Assembly (NCBI GenBank): GCA_011109175.1
Contig: RDEW01000003.1
Coordinates: forward strand, 975,071 to 1,039,070
Length of the DNA stretch: 64,000 nt
Direction of reading: 5' to 3'
DNA from: Dicyema japonicum
Taxonomy: Eukaryota > Animalia > Dicyemida
Below the pieces are notes generated by a model. That model saw only the letters and a program-made list of their open reading frames with translations, was not told the DNA's origin and ran no database searches. A program made the translations under genes and the position numbers. Positions 14,201 to 28,430 of the stretch are shown here, piece by piece; positions within the stretch are counted from its first letter, which is position 1; each line of letters begins with the position of its first letter.

Positions 14201-14880
14201 AGCTCTTAGAAAAAAATGTAAAGGATGCATGCCGATGGAGATTATTTATTCAGATGACATAGATTTTGTGTATTAAAATGATCTGGAACTTGGACTTGCT
14301 TTAGAGAAAATCCCTGGAGAATTTAAGAATTGGTCTCTGCGAGCTAATCAGGAAAAGACTGAACACATGAGAATCACAAGGGAATCAAAATATATTGATG
14401 AAAAATTGAGGAAAAAAGGAAATTGGGATCCTTACTTGGTGATAGTGAGGACATGATGCATATAAGAGTTCTAGCCACTGCCATGTATAAGAAAATGCAG
14501 AAGATATGGAGTCGACGAAAACTAATAAAAACAAATCTAAGAATAAGACTATACAACACATATATAAAACCGGTGCTTATGTACAAGTCGGGTACATGGG
14601 GGGTCACAGTGCTAGAGCTCAAGAAAATGTATATATTTCATCGCAATTACGCAATTTAATGGGACTAGGTTAGCCCAAGAAGATTTCATATAAGACACAA
14701 TCGAGGCCAATAAGTATCGACATTATTGAATCAAAGTGGAGACTGTTTGTGCACGTGCTCAGAATGGCCCTTCTAAAATTCGGGACACTGCACATAGTAT
14801 TGCAATTGGACGATAAGAAGAGGGATTGTTTGCAGGTTTGTTTGGCTTCCGAATTGGCAGAATTATGGATTTCTTCCATA
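14105..14880 (+). mobile_element. RTE-clade RT fragment
   Basis: GIPQGDSLSPVLFVVYLEAALR...IIYSDD; GSLLGDSED...RIRLYNTYIKPVLMYKSGTW. Confidence 0.8.
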
Positions 14881-15880
14881 TAGAATGTATCATATTATTG
14901 TTCACAGATACAGTATAAACGTATGATAGGAATTTGGTTGCTTTTTCACCAAGGTGTTTCAGTTCCATCATCGAGACATTGTCAGCACCTCGGGAACGGG
15001 AGTGTTTGGCATCCATGATTGCGTTTCGAACTTCTTGTGGAGTAAAGACAATCAAATCATATGATGGATACAACTTCTTGTAGACTCTGTGTTTCCTCGA
15101 GGAATTTTTATGGCTGGTCGCGACATAGTGCTTCATTAAAATATTTGGGTCGATGTTGCTACATCCCTGTCCGCGGAGGACTTTCTCAGAGCCTTCATTG
15201 CAACGTCTAAAATATTTAATTTTCGTCCATATCAGCGTCTTGGATGTATTTGGCCATAGAGAATCAATAAGTGATGTCCATCGCTTCTTGATTCTAGACT
15301 GGGTAACTTGTTTAATTTGTATATTCAAGAATTTCATTTTTTTGGAAATCGACATTTGATAATTCCTTTTGCTTCTTTAATTTATTTCTTTCTCTGATAA
15401 GTGTTTTTGTGTGCATATAATAATGATGGCATCCCATTTAAATAAATAGTTTTCTTGCTTTGAGTATAATGTCCGTGAAAGTTTTGAACATGTGGTCAAT
15501 TGATGAGAATACCAATGTGTAAAATACTTTCATATTGGTGTCGATGTAATTAGAGAAGTTGGACCAATCTGCGCTTTCAAAATTTAAAAAAGTGGAATTA
15601 TGGCTGATAAATTTATTTGCAGTGTTGATTTTCATCATAATTGTTCATATTTTACAGTCCAGTTGATGAGGGGAAACATTGATGGGGAACATAAGGAGAG
15701 GTCAGGGGATGTAGGTTTGTCTCCTTTTCGAGTAGGTGTTCTTGTATTGTTAATGGTGTTATTCAATATACAAAATTGTCCCAAGTTTCTGGCAAAGTAG
15801 GTTTCTTCTACTGTCTGGTTTCTGGCCTTCATACCATAATTGATGTTTGGCATTGATGTCACCGCATAGTATTACGTTTT
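14690..15880 (-). mobile_element. Jockey/I-group LINE fragment (APE end to RT start)
   Basis: PTRKGDKPTSPDLSLCS; SRGADNVSMMELKHLG...WKKSIILPIRKPNKPANNPSSYRPIAILCAVSRILE. Confidence 0.8.
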
Positions 15881-15893
15881 TGAGGTTTGAGGG

Positions 15894-16440
15894 TCACTTG
15901 TTCGAGTAGCGATCCGATTCCCTAGACGACTCAAGAATTCCAGCGTCAGATGAGCAAGCTTTTGAGCGGCAGAAAAGGCTCCAGAGGCACTCTAGTAAGT
16001 TGCAAGAGGCAAACGTGTTGGTGCAGGTAACGTCCCAGACATGAGGTTTCCCGTCTTCAAAAGAAAAGATTGTCATCCCATCTGGTCGTTTCCCGTCACG
16101 CCTGCAAAGACCGACTGGTTCGAACATGGAGGAGTGTCCGGTGGCGTCCAAAACTCGCCTAACAACTTCGTTCAAGTTCATGTGTCTGGGAAATCTGCCT
16201 GCACTCTTCCTGCAGGAAAAGGGTGTAGGCCAAAACAGTCGATCTGGTCTCCGCATCGGCACAGATGTGGAACACAGGCTTTTAATCCCAGTCACAATGA
16301 GATCCCAATACGGACGAATTCGTCATCCAGGCAGGTACTCTATCGAGAATGGCGTTGAGCAAAGCACCGCTCTCGGAAGACGCCCCCGACAACAAACAGG
16401 CACGGAGATGTTGGCTAAAAAACACTAGCAAATCTTTGAA
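15894..16440 (-). mobile_element. CRE-like RLE non-LTR 3' fragment
   Basis: HLNEVVRRVL...EPVGLCRRDGKRPDGMTIFSFEDGKPHVWDVTCTNTFAS (PD-D/ExK-type endonuclease); close copy at 26395-26940. Confidence 0.8.
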
Positions 16441-16559
16441 AAATTCCAGCATATAGCATCGTCCAAGCCCAGCTGAGAGAACGAGGAAGGTAGGGAAAGC
16501 TGATAAGTAAGGCCTCACAAGCACTTTAATTTATATTTTAACTCACCTTTGTTTAACCA

Positions 16560-16990
16560 ACGAAAAAATTAATATTTAACAATCAACAAATTTCCTCTCC
16601 TACCTGCTTGCCAGCCTCCTCAGACAGGTTCGATTCAGGTTCCTGAAACAGCCCCGAGAGCGTCTTGTCCAACTGAGTCCTCTACTCATATTGCATATCC
16701 AGGCTATGCCTTTTATACTCCAGAGTCAGGCTCTCTATTGTCCGCTTTTAAACAGTAGACTGTCGATAGGCTGGAGCTTCTTATATACCCAATTCTTCCC
16801 ACATCATTACTATTGGAATAACGAAGACCTTGCAACCAAGCAGCTTCCACATTTTGTATGGAAGCAAGTCATACATGTTTTTTCTCGTCCTCCACAATTT
16901 AATTAAAAGAACTCGTCTCTTAGGAGGAAGTGTCCAAAACGTAATTGTGCTATGGTCCTCCTTGTTTCTCTGTTTAAGGTAGTCTCCGAG
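16560..16990 (-). mobile_element. RLE (R4/Dong-like) 3' fragment
   Basis: DNA similarity to 26940-27170 and 30070-30520 (KYDLL...LVIPIV..W...TVLKRT). Confidence 0.6.
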
Positions 16991-17224
16991 TCATCTATAA
17001 GTGGGGTAGGGTTATCCAGTAGATCGTTCCAATTCAGTCTTCGGATTGATTTGGTAGAGATTTAGTCAGGTTTATACGGTAATATCAAAAATTATGTCAC
17101 AGCTAAACTATCTGTGTGCGATTACAAAGATGGATTTAATGGAGATAGTAAGTTTGGTTTTGAAAAAGAATGTTGAAACAAGGACTAAAAATAGTGCTAG
17201 TGAATGCCCGACCCCTTAGGAAAA

Positions 17225-17900
17225 GACATAATGAACTAGCACAACTTGCTAAAGGCTCCAAGATCGACATCTTGGTAGTCAATGAGATGAAATAAAGAAA
17301 TCGAAATGTAATATATTGACAGGATACAATTCCGTGGACATTTTATGGAAGTCTTAAGCAGTTGCTGTAGGGGAACGACTATTTCTACCGCGACTGCCTC
17401 AGAATTCGTAATCCAAAAGTCTTTTGTCATTTATTGTGTGATTTTGTAATCATGAACGTTTGATGCGTGGGAATATGCATTACTGTTGGAGGACTATACT
17501 CAAAGAATCTTGAAATTTGTTCTACAGATATCTCTGAGTTCTACAAGAATCCCTATACCATCTTAATTGGCGACTTTGATTGGAAGAATACTAGTTCTGG
17601 TTTTTGAAGACAAATCAGGATGGATGGCGATAATAATTATTGTCTAATTCACATGGCTTTGTGATCCTTACATCAGATGACCCAAATTATTTTTCTTATC
17701 AAATTGAGAACAAACTCGGCGAATTCCAAGCATTGCCAGCTCTATCTGTCTATTTGGGATTGTTCAAAACTATAGTTTTCTTGAGGTTTAACATATCACA
17801 TTTAGATTGAGGTCACTTTGGGATTGTCAAAAACTATAGTTTTCTTGAGGTTCAACATATCACATTTAGATTGAGGTCACTTTAGGATTTTGATGTCTAA
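17225..17900 (+). mobile_element. APE endonuclease relic, same family as the 11350-14200 LINE
   Basis: ELAQLAKGSKIDILVVNEMK mirrors DLALLMSSTKIDILVVNETK; many stops. Confidence 0.6.
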
Positions 17901-19399
17901 TAATGGAAAAATTAAACGGACCGATATGAAAGGCTGAGGGTGCTAAGATTCATGTAAATTCCCTATTTTGGAAAACTATCGGAAGATAATTTGCTCAAGT
18001 TAAGGGATAAAAAATAATATAAAATAGACCAGATAACGGGATATGCATGACGAAGAGAACATTTTTGATATTCAGGGATCAGATCTAAATAATTCAAGGT
18101 GTTGATCCGTCGAGTTTGACACCAAATGACAAAATAAATTGTGCCAATACAATTAAATACTCCGACGAGGAATATACTTAAGATATTTGGACGCCTGACT
18201 CTCTCAGAAGCAATTGTGTTCATATAATCGATTTTCTTGAATATCTTGAGAAAGAACTCAGTGACAATTATTTTGACGCCTATCATATTCGATTCATTTC
18301 CTCATCATTTCTTACTGAAAATAGTCTTTCCGAGTCAAGAAAGAGATGTTTGATTCAGTTGGCCAACCAGGATATTATTTAAATCATAATAAATTTGAAT
18401 TAATTAACATCGATTTATAATTCCGAAAAAAAAACCGATAAGTTAGTAAAATGTTAGTAAACTCCGCAAGTACCCATTACATTGAACCTGTCCGCAATGG
18501 CACTGCAGACTGAAATAACATTATCAATTACAGGTTTTAGATGTCTGCGTGGTGCTTCGAATATAATAAGAACCGTTGTGTATATACAAGTTATTATAAA
18601 AGAGAAATAGTGGATTACCTTCTGTACTTTTATATCTATATTAAATATAATATCAAACGCTTCTAGATTATCGAATGTACCCCTGCACACGATGGGACTA
18701 TATTATTATTATTATTAAAAATACACATCTAATTCAATAGATCTGGAACTGTATTTAAATGTTTGAGCAACTTTTATTCTGTTTGGAAAGTGACTACATA
18801 AATTAAAAAAACGTACAGGCGGAGAAATGATGTTAAATGTACAGCAAAATCGATCGCGATGTATATCAGGGAATTGCATGTTTTCAAATTCCTATTAATT
18901 TAAAAATATATATAACAAGCTATCAATAATAGCTGGAAAAGTAAGTTTGATTACAAATATTAAACTTTCATCTTCCTAACAGAAACTACAGTAAGTAATA
19001 TTCAATACAAAATAATCACATTCAGTTCAATAATAGAAAAATTGAAACCAGGTACCAATGTAATGTTTTGAAATATAAATTACCATATTCGAGAATCATA
19101 TTTTAGGCCAGAATATATACAACTAATCAAATTTCTTAATAATTAATATTTAATACAGAGTTTCATGATCTACTACCACCTCTTGACAATTTTTTTGTGT
19201 CAAAACGCAGAATGCAAGGTCTATGATAATGAATTTGAACATCTATAAGATAAAATACCAAAATGATAAATATAATAGTAACCACAAGAAAATAAAATTA
19301 TTACATAAATTACTGATGTTATAATTAATAATAAATTTATTAAATAAACTATTTAATTAATAAATAAAATTAAAAATTAATTTAATAAAATTCATTTAA

Positions 19400-21620
19400 T
19401 AAACGGGGTTTTCCGATTTGTGTAATATACTTTACCATAAAGTTTGATAAATTTGCCAAAATTTCTAATAAATTTTCCAAAATGTTTAATAACTTTGTCA
19501 AAATGTTTAAAAANNNNNNNNNNNNNNNNNNNNNNNNNNNNNNNNNNNNNNNNNNNNNNNNNNNTGACGTTATAAATAATAATAATTTTATTAAATAAAC
19601 TATTTAATTAATAAATAAAATTAAAAAATAATTTAATAAAATTCATTTAATAAACGGGGTTTTCCGATTTGTGTAATAACTTTACCATAAAGTTTGATAA
19701 ATTTGCCAAAATTTCTAATATATTCTTCAAAATGTATATTAACTTTGTCAAAATGTTTAAAAAATGTGTCATTAAGTCTAATAACTTTTGAATAATGTTA
19801 ATTATAAACTGCGTATAAATCATTTTTAAGTGAAGTCTGAAAAAAGACTATAAATGTAGCTATACAATGACAGTTTAAGGATTATACGTGTTCTATTTTT
19901 AAACACGGAATTCGAAGTCTGTGTTGTTTCATAGCGCACTGCAAATGTAAAACGCACATTGTCACTCCAGAAGTTTATTCATTATATTAATTCTCTTGTT
20001 AATTATTTGCAAGCTATTCTTCATTATCCAAAATTGTCCTATTTCTATCTAGGAATTAAGATATGCGCATGACCTGATTTTGTTTTCGAAGACATCAATG
20101 ATTGTTCTTAAACATGCTTTTGTTAAGAGAGTTGTCCCTTAAATGAACGAACAAAAAACAGACTTATTACATCAAATGGGAATGATGAGATTTAGACGAT
20201 AACAAAAAATCAAGTTTTTCCATGACGATTGGAAAAGGTTCTACAAAGAAGGATATTCTCAACAATAGCACTGAACAGACAAAAATTGGTATTTTTGAGA
20301 TTGTTCATGTTACAAGAGAAGTAAAAGTACGACTATATAATACTTTCGTCTTTTCCAAACTGCTCTACATCTCGGGAACGTGGGAACTAACTCGGACATG
20401 TGCTGATAACCTAAATGCTATCCAGATTCATTTGTGTCATACTTTTATTCGGAACCAAATGTGGATGCCATTAGTGGATACTGTCATTAATCTTTTTCTT
20501 TGTAACTATCAGGAACCGTGGAGGTATGGACATATTCCTTAATGATCCGGATGGCAGAACTAAATGTCTTTTTTTGAAAAAGAAAAAGTTCCCTGAGAGC
20601 ATTGAGAATAGAAGAAAACTCGATGGGTCAAGCCTGAGAATGATCAGAGTTCTACTTTCGGGCTCTTCTCAAGGAGACTCCCTCTACACTTTAGTGTTCA
20701 AGATCTATTTGGAAGCAGCTATGAGGGAACTCCAGTGCTATAACTATGAGTAATTAGAAGTGATTTACGAAGGCGATGTCAACATAATTTACGAAGGAAC
20801 ATCTATTAAGAATTGTTTTTTNNNNNNNNNNNNNNNNNNNNNNNNNNNNNNNNNNNNNNNNNNNNNNNNNNNNNNNNNNNNNNNNNNNNNNNNNNNNNNN
20901 NNNNNNNNNNNNNNNNNNNNNNNNNNNNNNNNNNNNNNNNNNNNNNNNNNNNNNNNNNNNNNNNNNNNNNNNNNNNNNNNNNNNNNNNNNNNNNNNNNNN
21001 NNNNNNNNNNNNNNNNNNNNNNNNNNNNNNNNNNNNNNNNNNNNNNNNNNNNNNNNNNNNNNNNNNNNNNNNNNNNNNNNNNNNNNNNNNNNNNNNNNNN
21101 NNNNNNNNNNNNNNNNNNNNNNNNNNNNNNNNNNNNNNNNNNNNNNNNNNNNNNNNNNNNNNNNNNNNNNNNNNNNNNNNNNNNNNNNNNNNNNNNNNNN
21201 NNNNNNNNNNNNNNNNNNNNNNNNNNNNNNNNNNNNNNNNNNNNNNNNNNNNNNNNNNNNNNNNNNNNNNNNNNNNNNNNNNNNNNNNNNNNNNNNNNNN
21301 NNNNNNNNNNNNNNNNNNNNNNNNNNNNNNNNNNNNNNNNNNNNNNNNNNATAAATTACTGACGTTATAATTAATAATAATTTTATTAAATAAACTATTT
21401 AATTAATAAATAAAATTAAAAATAATTTAATAAAATTCATTTAATAAACGGGGTTTTCCGATTTGTGTAATAACTTTACCATAAAGTTTGATAAATTTGC
21501 CATAATTTCTAATATATTTTCCAAAATGTTTAATAACTTTGTTAAAATGTTTAAAAAATGTGTCATAAAGTTTAATAACTTTTTGAATAATGTTAATTAT
21601 AAACTGCGTATAAATCATTT
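19400..21620. repeat. Three copies of an AT-rich block with an internal degenerate 21-bp tandem repeat
   Basis: Copies at ~19320-19513, ~19565-20420 and ~21351-22140; units such as aataactttgtcaaaatgttt. Copies abut N gaps. Confidence 0.7.
20222..20820 (+). mobile_element. Rearranged RTE RT fragments
   Basis: VKVRLYNTFVFSKLLYISGTWEL; GSSQGDSLYTLVFKIYLEAAMREL. Confidence 0.7.
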
Positions 21621-22389
21621 TTAAGTGAATTCTGAAAAAGGACTATAAATGTAGCTATACAAGGACAGTTTAAGGATTATACGGGTACTATTTTCAAACA
21701 CGGAATTCGAAGTCTGTGTTGTTTCATGCGCACTGCAAATGTAAAACGCACATTGTCACTCCAGAAGCTTATTCATTATAATCAATTCTCTGTTGTTTAT
21801 TTGAAGCTATTCTTCATTATCCAAAATTGTCCTATTTCTATCTAGGAATTAAGATATGCGCATGACCTGATTTTGTTTTCGAGTACATCAATGATTGTTC
21901 TTAAACATGCTTTTGTTGGGAGAGTTGTCCCTTAAATGAACGAACAAAAATCAGACTTATTACATCAAATGGGAATGATGAGATTTAGACGATAGCAAAA
22001 AATCAGGTTTTTCCATGACGATTGGAAAAAGTTTCAACAAAGAAAGATATTCTCAACAATACCACTGAATAGACAAAATCGGTATTTCTGAGATTGTTCA
22101 TGTTACATGGGAACTAACTCGGACATGTGTTGATAACCTGAATGATATTCAAAGAAAACAACTAAGGACTCTACTTTGTATACACTATCCAATCGTGATA
22201 AAAAACGAAACTAATGTACAGCTTACTACTAGGAGCACTTGGAAAAATTTATTACAAGAACTTCAATCTAAAACATGCTAAAATAGCATTAGTCGTAGCT
22301 AATGATAAAAAAAGTTTCCGAAAATCGTAAGCTTGTAAGAAAGTGGAGATGTCTAACAGACCTGATTATCTGGGAGTGGTTCTTAAATG

Positions 22390-24300
22390 ATTGAATCATT
22401 AGAGAAACCCCTGAGAATGTCTTTTATAGTAACTACAATTGCCCTACCTTAAAATGAGGTCATATTTTTATTTAACAGTAAAATTAGGTCAACCGTTGAA
22501 GTGATTATATATTTTATTTGATGACAATAGATTAATTGGTGTCATACTTTTATTCGGAACCAAATGTAGATGCCATCAGTGGAAACTTCCGTACTTTTTT
22601 TCTTTGTAACTATCCGGAACCGCGGAGGTATGGACATATTCCTTAATGATCCAGGTGACCGAACTAAATGTCTGTTTTTAAAAAAGGAAAGATTTCCCTG
22701 AGAGCATTGAGAATAGAAGAAAACTTGTCTTAAACGACTAGCAGTTATTCAACAAATGCTTAGTTAAGTTCTATCTATGTGACGAAATTGTCAATTTTCT
22801 GACGATGAATATGAGAATAGCAGCCTCGTTCGGTCTCTGTACTGTTGCTACACTGTTATGATGAAAAACTCGAATAATAGAGATGGAAACGTCTCAGTTG
22901 TGTTTAATGTTAAAAATTAAACCTTGGAATTATCAAGGTTGCAAATATAATCTCTGGCTTGGATTCTGCGGCTGTGGCCAGAATGAGCCGACGTTTTGCA
23001 GGGAATTTGTATTCTGCTTTAACTACCCAGAAAATGCTAGCTTATTTAAATAGATTTCAATGCAAAGTTTCCTACGGGGATAATGGACACAAACTTACAC
23101 GAACTAAGTTGTTATCTTCGGAAATTGGATTAAACAATTTACCAACGTGGATAGAACTGAGGAGCTTAATGAATTTTTCGCTACTATCAGAGTTAAATAT
23201 TAAAAGATTTGAAAAACGTAGAGAAAGATTAACTTTGGAGAAACTAATAATAGAAAACCATGGAGAAGTGCTCTCTTTGGAGAACTTGGTATTATAATTC
23301 TTTTCTCACAAGTCAGCTGAATCTTTTAAAAAACTTGAAATCAAATGCATTCGCTACCAGTTATTCGTCATATTGCGCGTTTCTGTAAAATGTTGAAAGA
23401 TGTTTGATTTGCTCAGGAAACCACAGAAGGTCGGAGTATCATTTTGATTTAAAAAACAGTAAAATTTCATAAAATGTGGATCAACTGACCACATGGCTAA
23501 CTACGGAGGTTCTCTTGTGCAAAAGCAGCTAATAAACACAAGATGGATGAATTCTTACCTTAAAGTAAACCTCGCATTGAAAGTGTTGCTAAAGGAAGTA
23601 ATGTTGCCAGGAAGTTCAGTGACAATAAAGATTCGACCAAGCTAACTCAAACAGCATAGAATCCGATTACTCCTAGGAAATCGACCTCGGATTTTGGAAT
23701 GCAGACTAATGGACCACCAGTGTCCTCTGTTGACTGTGGGTCCCAAACACAGTAAGTAAGTCAATCAACCAATCCAAAAGATCCGAATGGACGGGAATAT
23801 CCCGCGGTAGACAAAAATATTCAGGAAGAGGAACGTTTTCATAATATTGTTGACAATTATCTAAAAATATTAAAAACATAGCAAGAACGAAGAAGGATGG
23901 TAAGTTTTTACTTTAGCCTGGTGGCACTCCTATGAAGAGAGGAGATCCACCGAATAAATCAGACATAACTAGAATTAGAGAGTCACTCCGGATTACAAAA
24001 ATTTCCAAAACGTTTCAAATATATAGCAATGCTTTTTCGGTAATGTTCCCAGTTATATTTGTCAGATCATAGCGTACAGAGCAGGCTTGACCTCTAATGG
24101 AGTTACGTTGAGTTTATAAAGGATTGGTAGACGATCAATAACAAAATCACTTAACGTAATCGGTCGTTCCAAAAATTGATGAACAGATTCAGATATTAAC
24201 GCCATTCCCAAATGATCCCAGGAACTTAGAAAATAGTGATTCGGGGTCGAGGACATCACAACAGAAAACCCGGAAGACACAGACATATCTTTCAAAACAA
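22390..24300. repeat. ~1.9-kb duplicated segment, copy 2
   Basis: Colinear with 20-1921. Confidence 0.85.
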
Positions 24301-24344
24301 GGCCGTATCTATTCGCCCCCAGACAACCAAACGAGGAAACCATG

Positions 24345-24830
24345 AAACCATGAAACCAATTTATTTAACAGGAATTAAGGAGTTAGTTTAAGGGATATTT
24401 AAATGTGTCCGCCTATGCACCTGGACACTTCCGATGCACCCCGTCTCCATTTTAATCTCGTCCTAATGTTAAATCCCATGAATCCTGCCCTTATATCCAG
24501 AGCGTAGTAGGTACAAAGCTAATAAGCCCATCTCCAGTTAGTTCTCCCTTAGTGGGTCTTTTCCTCAGTATGTTTTTTTTACAGTAGTCTCAAGCTGCCT
24601 TCTAGGGACCAATGATGTGGTTAACAAAGTCTTGCGTAGAACCCAATTCGAATGTAGGAACATTTGGTATGGGTACCCCCGGTAGGTCACAACTCCAGTA
24701 TATACTTCTACTATTGTCCCAGGTCCTGTAGGGATCAAAGTCCCTTGTAAACCCGGATTCAAATATAGGGATCAATTAGTGTGGGTACCAGGTCCAACTT
24801 GGAGAATATCCAGAGATTTTGACCCTTTGT
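24345..24830 (-). repeat. Unclassified interspersed repeat with coding-like relic
   Basis: Homologous to ~29010-29600 (e.g. tccagttagttct, aagtcttgcgtagaacccaattcgaatgtagga); family not recognised. Confidence 0.6.
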
Positions 24831-25186
24831 CTACTGCGGAATTTAATAGGTTTTATCGTAATTGTGAATATATCCTTTCGACTTGTGATATGCTTCTACC
24901 GTGTAATGGGTTCTTTCGTAATTGTGAATATATCCTTTCGACTTGTGATGTGTTCTAAACCGTGTAATGGGTTCCATCGTTTGTAATATGTTTTAGATTC
25001 CCTCTAAGTGAATAGGTTGCTTCGTCTGACAGGGAGTTCTGGAACAATTCCTACAATCGTTACATGAGAATATGAACACTGCGATTTCATGCGATTTCCT
25101 CGAGGAAAGATGGATGCTGTTTGGTGTATAATAATAATAGCCTTTTCACGAGAGCCATAATATCTATAGCTCCGCATAGGCAGGTT

Positions 25187-26198
25187 CGACTCCGTTTCCC
25201 GGACGCTGCTTATAGAGAAAATTTCTAACACTCTTATAAATCCAAACATTAAAAGATGGATGTCGAACTTTTTAAGTGGAAGAAGAGGACAAGTGATGTC
25301 AGACAACAGAAAATCTAAATCCCGTTTATTACCGAATGGTGTCCCTCAAGGTTCACCTCTCTCTCCCCTCTCTTCAACCTGTACACCAATGACCTTCCCA
25401 CCAATGACGATCCCGATACATTAATACTCTCATACGCAGATGACATTGTTCTTTCGACGAAAGACTCTAACTATGAGAAGGCAGGGATAAAAATCAAAGT
25501 TATATTAGTATGCTAAAACATTGGCTCACATCAAATCGACTGGAAGTTTATACAGGAAAGTCGTTTATAACAATTTTCTCTACATATAGAAGATCATTAT
25601 ACTCTCCCAAAATCAAATTGTTTGGATATGAAATTCCTATGAATAAGTCTCCAACAATACTAGGATTAAAGTTGGATACTCTCCTGACATTCGGCCAACA
25701 TGTCAATGACGTTATTACCAAAGTCAGGAGGAAGACCAACATATTGAAAATTTTGTCCCGATCACCAATCGGGCACAACACCTTCTTATTACAGAAAATT
25801 TACAGACAATACATACTGCCAGTAATCGAATATGCATGTCACTCTTGGAGCTCGATGATTTCTGAATCGTCGTCTCAAAAATTAGAAGCCGCACAACTTG
25901 CTGCCTTGAAAATAATAAATAAGAAAACTGTGGATAACGTATTGAATGTTAAAGAACACCTAAGGTGGAGAGTGAAGTCATTTCTACAGTGGACAACAAA
26001 AACCGGCTGTCCGCTTTCACTCTCTATATCTGACTATCTAGAAAATGCGGGAAATCTATGGAGAATGAGACCATCCCCGTTTCTATCAATTCTGTTGATC
26101 TTCGAGGACCCCAAACGAGAGCCAGAACCCGGAAAACCGGGATCACTTAGTAGTTAACTTGTAACTTTTTCTAATCCGGTGATCTTGGGGTAAAAAAA
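25187..26198 (+). mobile_element. 5'-truncated jockey/I-group LINE with RT and intact 3' end
   Basis: FDSVSR...WMSNFLSGR...NGVPQGSPLSP..FNLYTNDLP...YADDIVL; 215-aa C-terminal ORF; ends ccggtgatcttgggg plus A-run. A near-identical 3' end lies at ~33770-33990 (-). Confidence 0.85.
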
Positions 26199-26394
26199 AT
26201 TTGAATAGTATATAGAAGGGCATCAAATTCGGGTTCATCAATAATCCATAAGTGAACGTTTGAGTATATTTTAATATTTTTCCTAATTTTAGAAACGATT
26301 AAATAGCTGCTGCCTGACTGCGTGGCTATTTCCTACTAGGATGGCGAGCGAGATTCGCTCAAATAACCAGGAGCGCTCACAAAATTTTTGTTCA

Positions 26395-26940
26395 TGTAGC
26401 GATCCGATTCCCTAGACGCCTCAAGAATTCCAGCGTCCCAGGCGCAAGGGAACCAGACGTCTCAACGGCGAGTGGAACAAACAAAAAACCTTGGTTAGGA
26501 CCGCGTATTTTTCCTTTTCATCTTCTCGGCCTTCTCAGCGGCAGAACAGGCTCCAGATACACTTTGGAGTAAGTTGCAAGAGGCAAACGTGTCGGTGCAG
26601 GTAACGTCCCAGACAAGAGGTTTCCCGTCTTCAAAAGAAAAGATTGTCATCCCATCTGGTCGTTTCCCCTCCCGCCTGCAAAGACCGACTGGTTCGAGCA
26701 TGGAGGGTGTCCGGTGGCGTCCAAAGCTCGCCTAACGACTTCGTTCAAGTTCATGTGTTGGGAAATCTGACAGTACTCTTCTTGCAGGAAAGAGGGTGTA
26801 GGCCAAAATAGTCGATCTGGTCTCCGCATCGGCACAGATGTAGAACACAGACTTTTAATCCCAGTCACAATGAGATCACAATACGGACGCATCCATCATT
26901 CAGGCAGGTACCCAGAACTCTATCGGGATGGCGTTGAGTT
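26395..26940 (-). mobile_element. CRE-like RLE non-LTR 3' fragment
   Basis: GKRPDGMTIFSFEDGKPLVWDVTCTDTFASCNLL...AAEKAEKMKRK. Confidence 0.8.
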
Positions 26941-28430
26941 AGTCACAGCTCTCGAAAGACGAGGCTCTTTATTGTCCGCTTTAAAACAGTGTACTTAGAT
27001 AGGCTGGAGTTTCCTATATACCCAATTCCTCCCCACATAATTACTATTGGAATAACGAGGACCTTGCAACCAAACATCTTCCCCATTTCCTTTGGAAGCA
27101 CGTCATACTTGTTTTTTCTCGTCCTCCACAATTTAATTAAAAGAACTCGTCTCTTAGGATGTCTTTTTTTGAGTTTAGCTATTACTTCGTATCGATTTTT
27201 TTATGCATGAGCGATTCTGAGGTTCAAAAAAGTTTAAGAATAATTATTTTGATCAATAGAACACGTGTACAGCAGATCTTCAAATTTGAAAACATAAAAA
27301 AATTTGATTTATGCTAAAATATTATTTAGCAGATCAATTCGAGGTTATGGACCACAAAAGTAAGTCTCCGAGTTAGAAGAGGTCAAAATTATATTTTCAT
27401 AAAACATTTTAAATTTATATCTATTAAATTGACTCATTAATTAAGATTACTTTGATGACAAAATATTGACATTAAATAATCCAATTTATTAAGGAAAAAA
27501 TGTGTGCAAATAGCACGCCTTGACTGCGTGGTTAAACAAAATTAGGTTAGTTTTCATTAACTCAATATTCAAACGATAGAAACAAATCTCCTACCAGGTG
27601 CCAAAAGAGAGTGAGCATTGCTGCGGATGATTGCAATTCTAAGACACTGAGAGAACCATGTGACTGAGTCGAGTTGCGATTTGATCCCAGTTTACAAATT
27701 TTCCATCAAATTTCATTAATTTGACAATTTACATTTGAAGTGAAATTTTTTACGGTCAGTAATTTTTAGCAACAATATGATATTTAAAAAAGATAGTTAG
27801 TCAGGCGTCAAGAAATAACACTCCGCAGTAGTTAGCAGGCTATGAGGGATGTGAACTGAGCTTCAATTCATTTCTTCAGGATCATCGGGTTAAAGAGACA
27901 GTCCTCAGCTAATCCAATGATTCCTGTTCCCACTTAATAGTTAGACTCACCCTTTCCAAACACCCGTCTATCCATATCCGCAATTGTGGGAACTCCTCAG
28001 TAAGTAAAAAGGAGCGAGATTATTTTTTACGCCGACCATGGACTGGACGTTTTATTAGGACAGGTAGATCACATTAGGCATCTTAGGAATTGAATTTTTA
28101 CTTTCCTCAATTTAATCATTCAAAATCCCACGCAAACAGCATCCTCCAATATTCGTCGATTATTCCAAGATCGTCTGAACGTGCGGAAATCTGATTTCCA
28201 GCTTTAATAAAAAAATTAAATTCTCAATTTCGATTTATGGATAATTCAAAAATGTCTATTAGATAATTCTTTTTAGCTTTTTACCCAATTCTTCAATCTT
28301 ACGAGATTTTGGTCAATTGTTGATTGGTGAAATTCAAATAGAAACCATGTTTAAACCTCTATTTCATCCACAAAATTTGATTTTACTTTATTTTCCGACA
28401 GTAAATTTCCGACTTCTAGCTGGAAGATCA

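Noticed and set aside
17950-18700. Protein-like frames on both strands
   Set aside because: Neither strand gave a consistent spliced model or recognisable motif; possibly a pseudogene.
1676-21370. Long ORFs in the track containing X runs (1676, 1803, 11613, 11821, 20760, 20813 etc.)
   Set aside because: They are open only because they cross N gaps.
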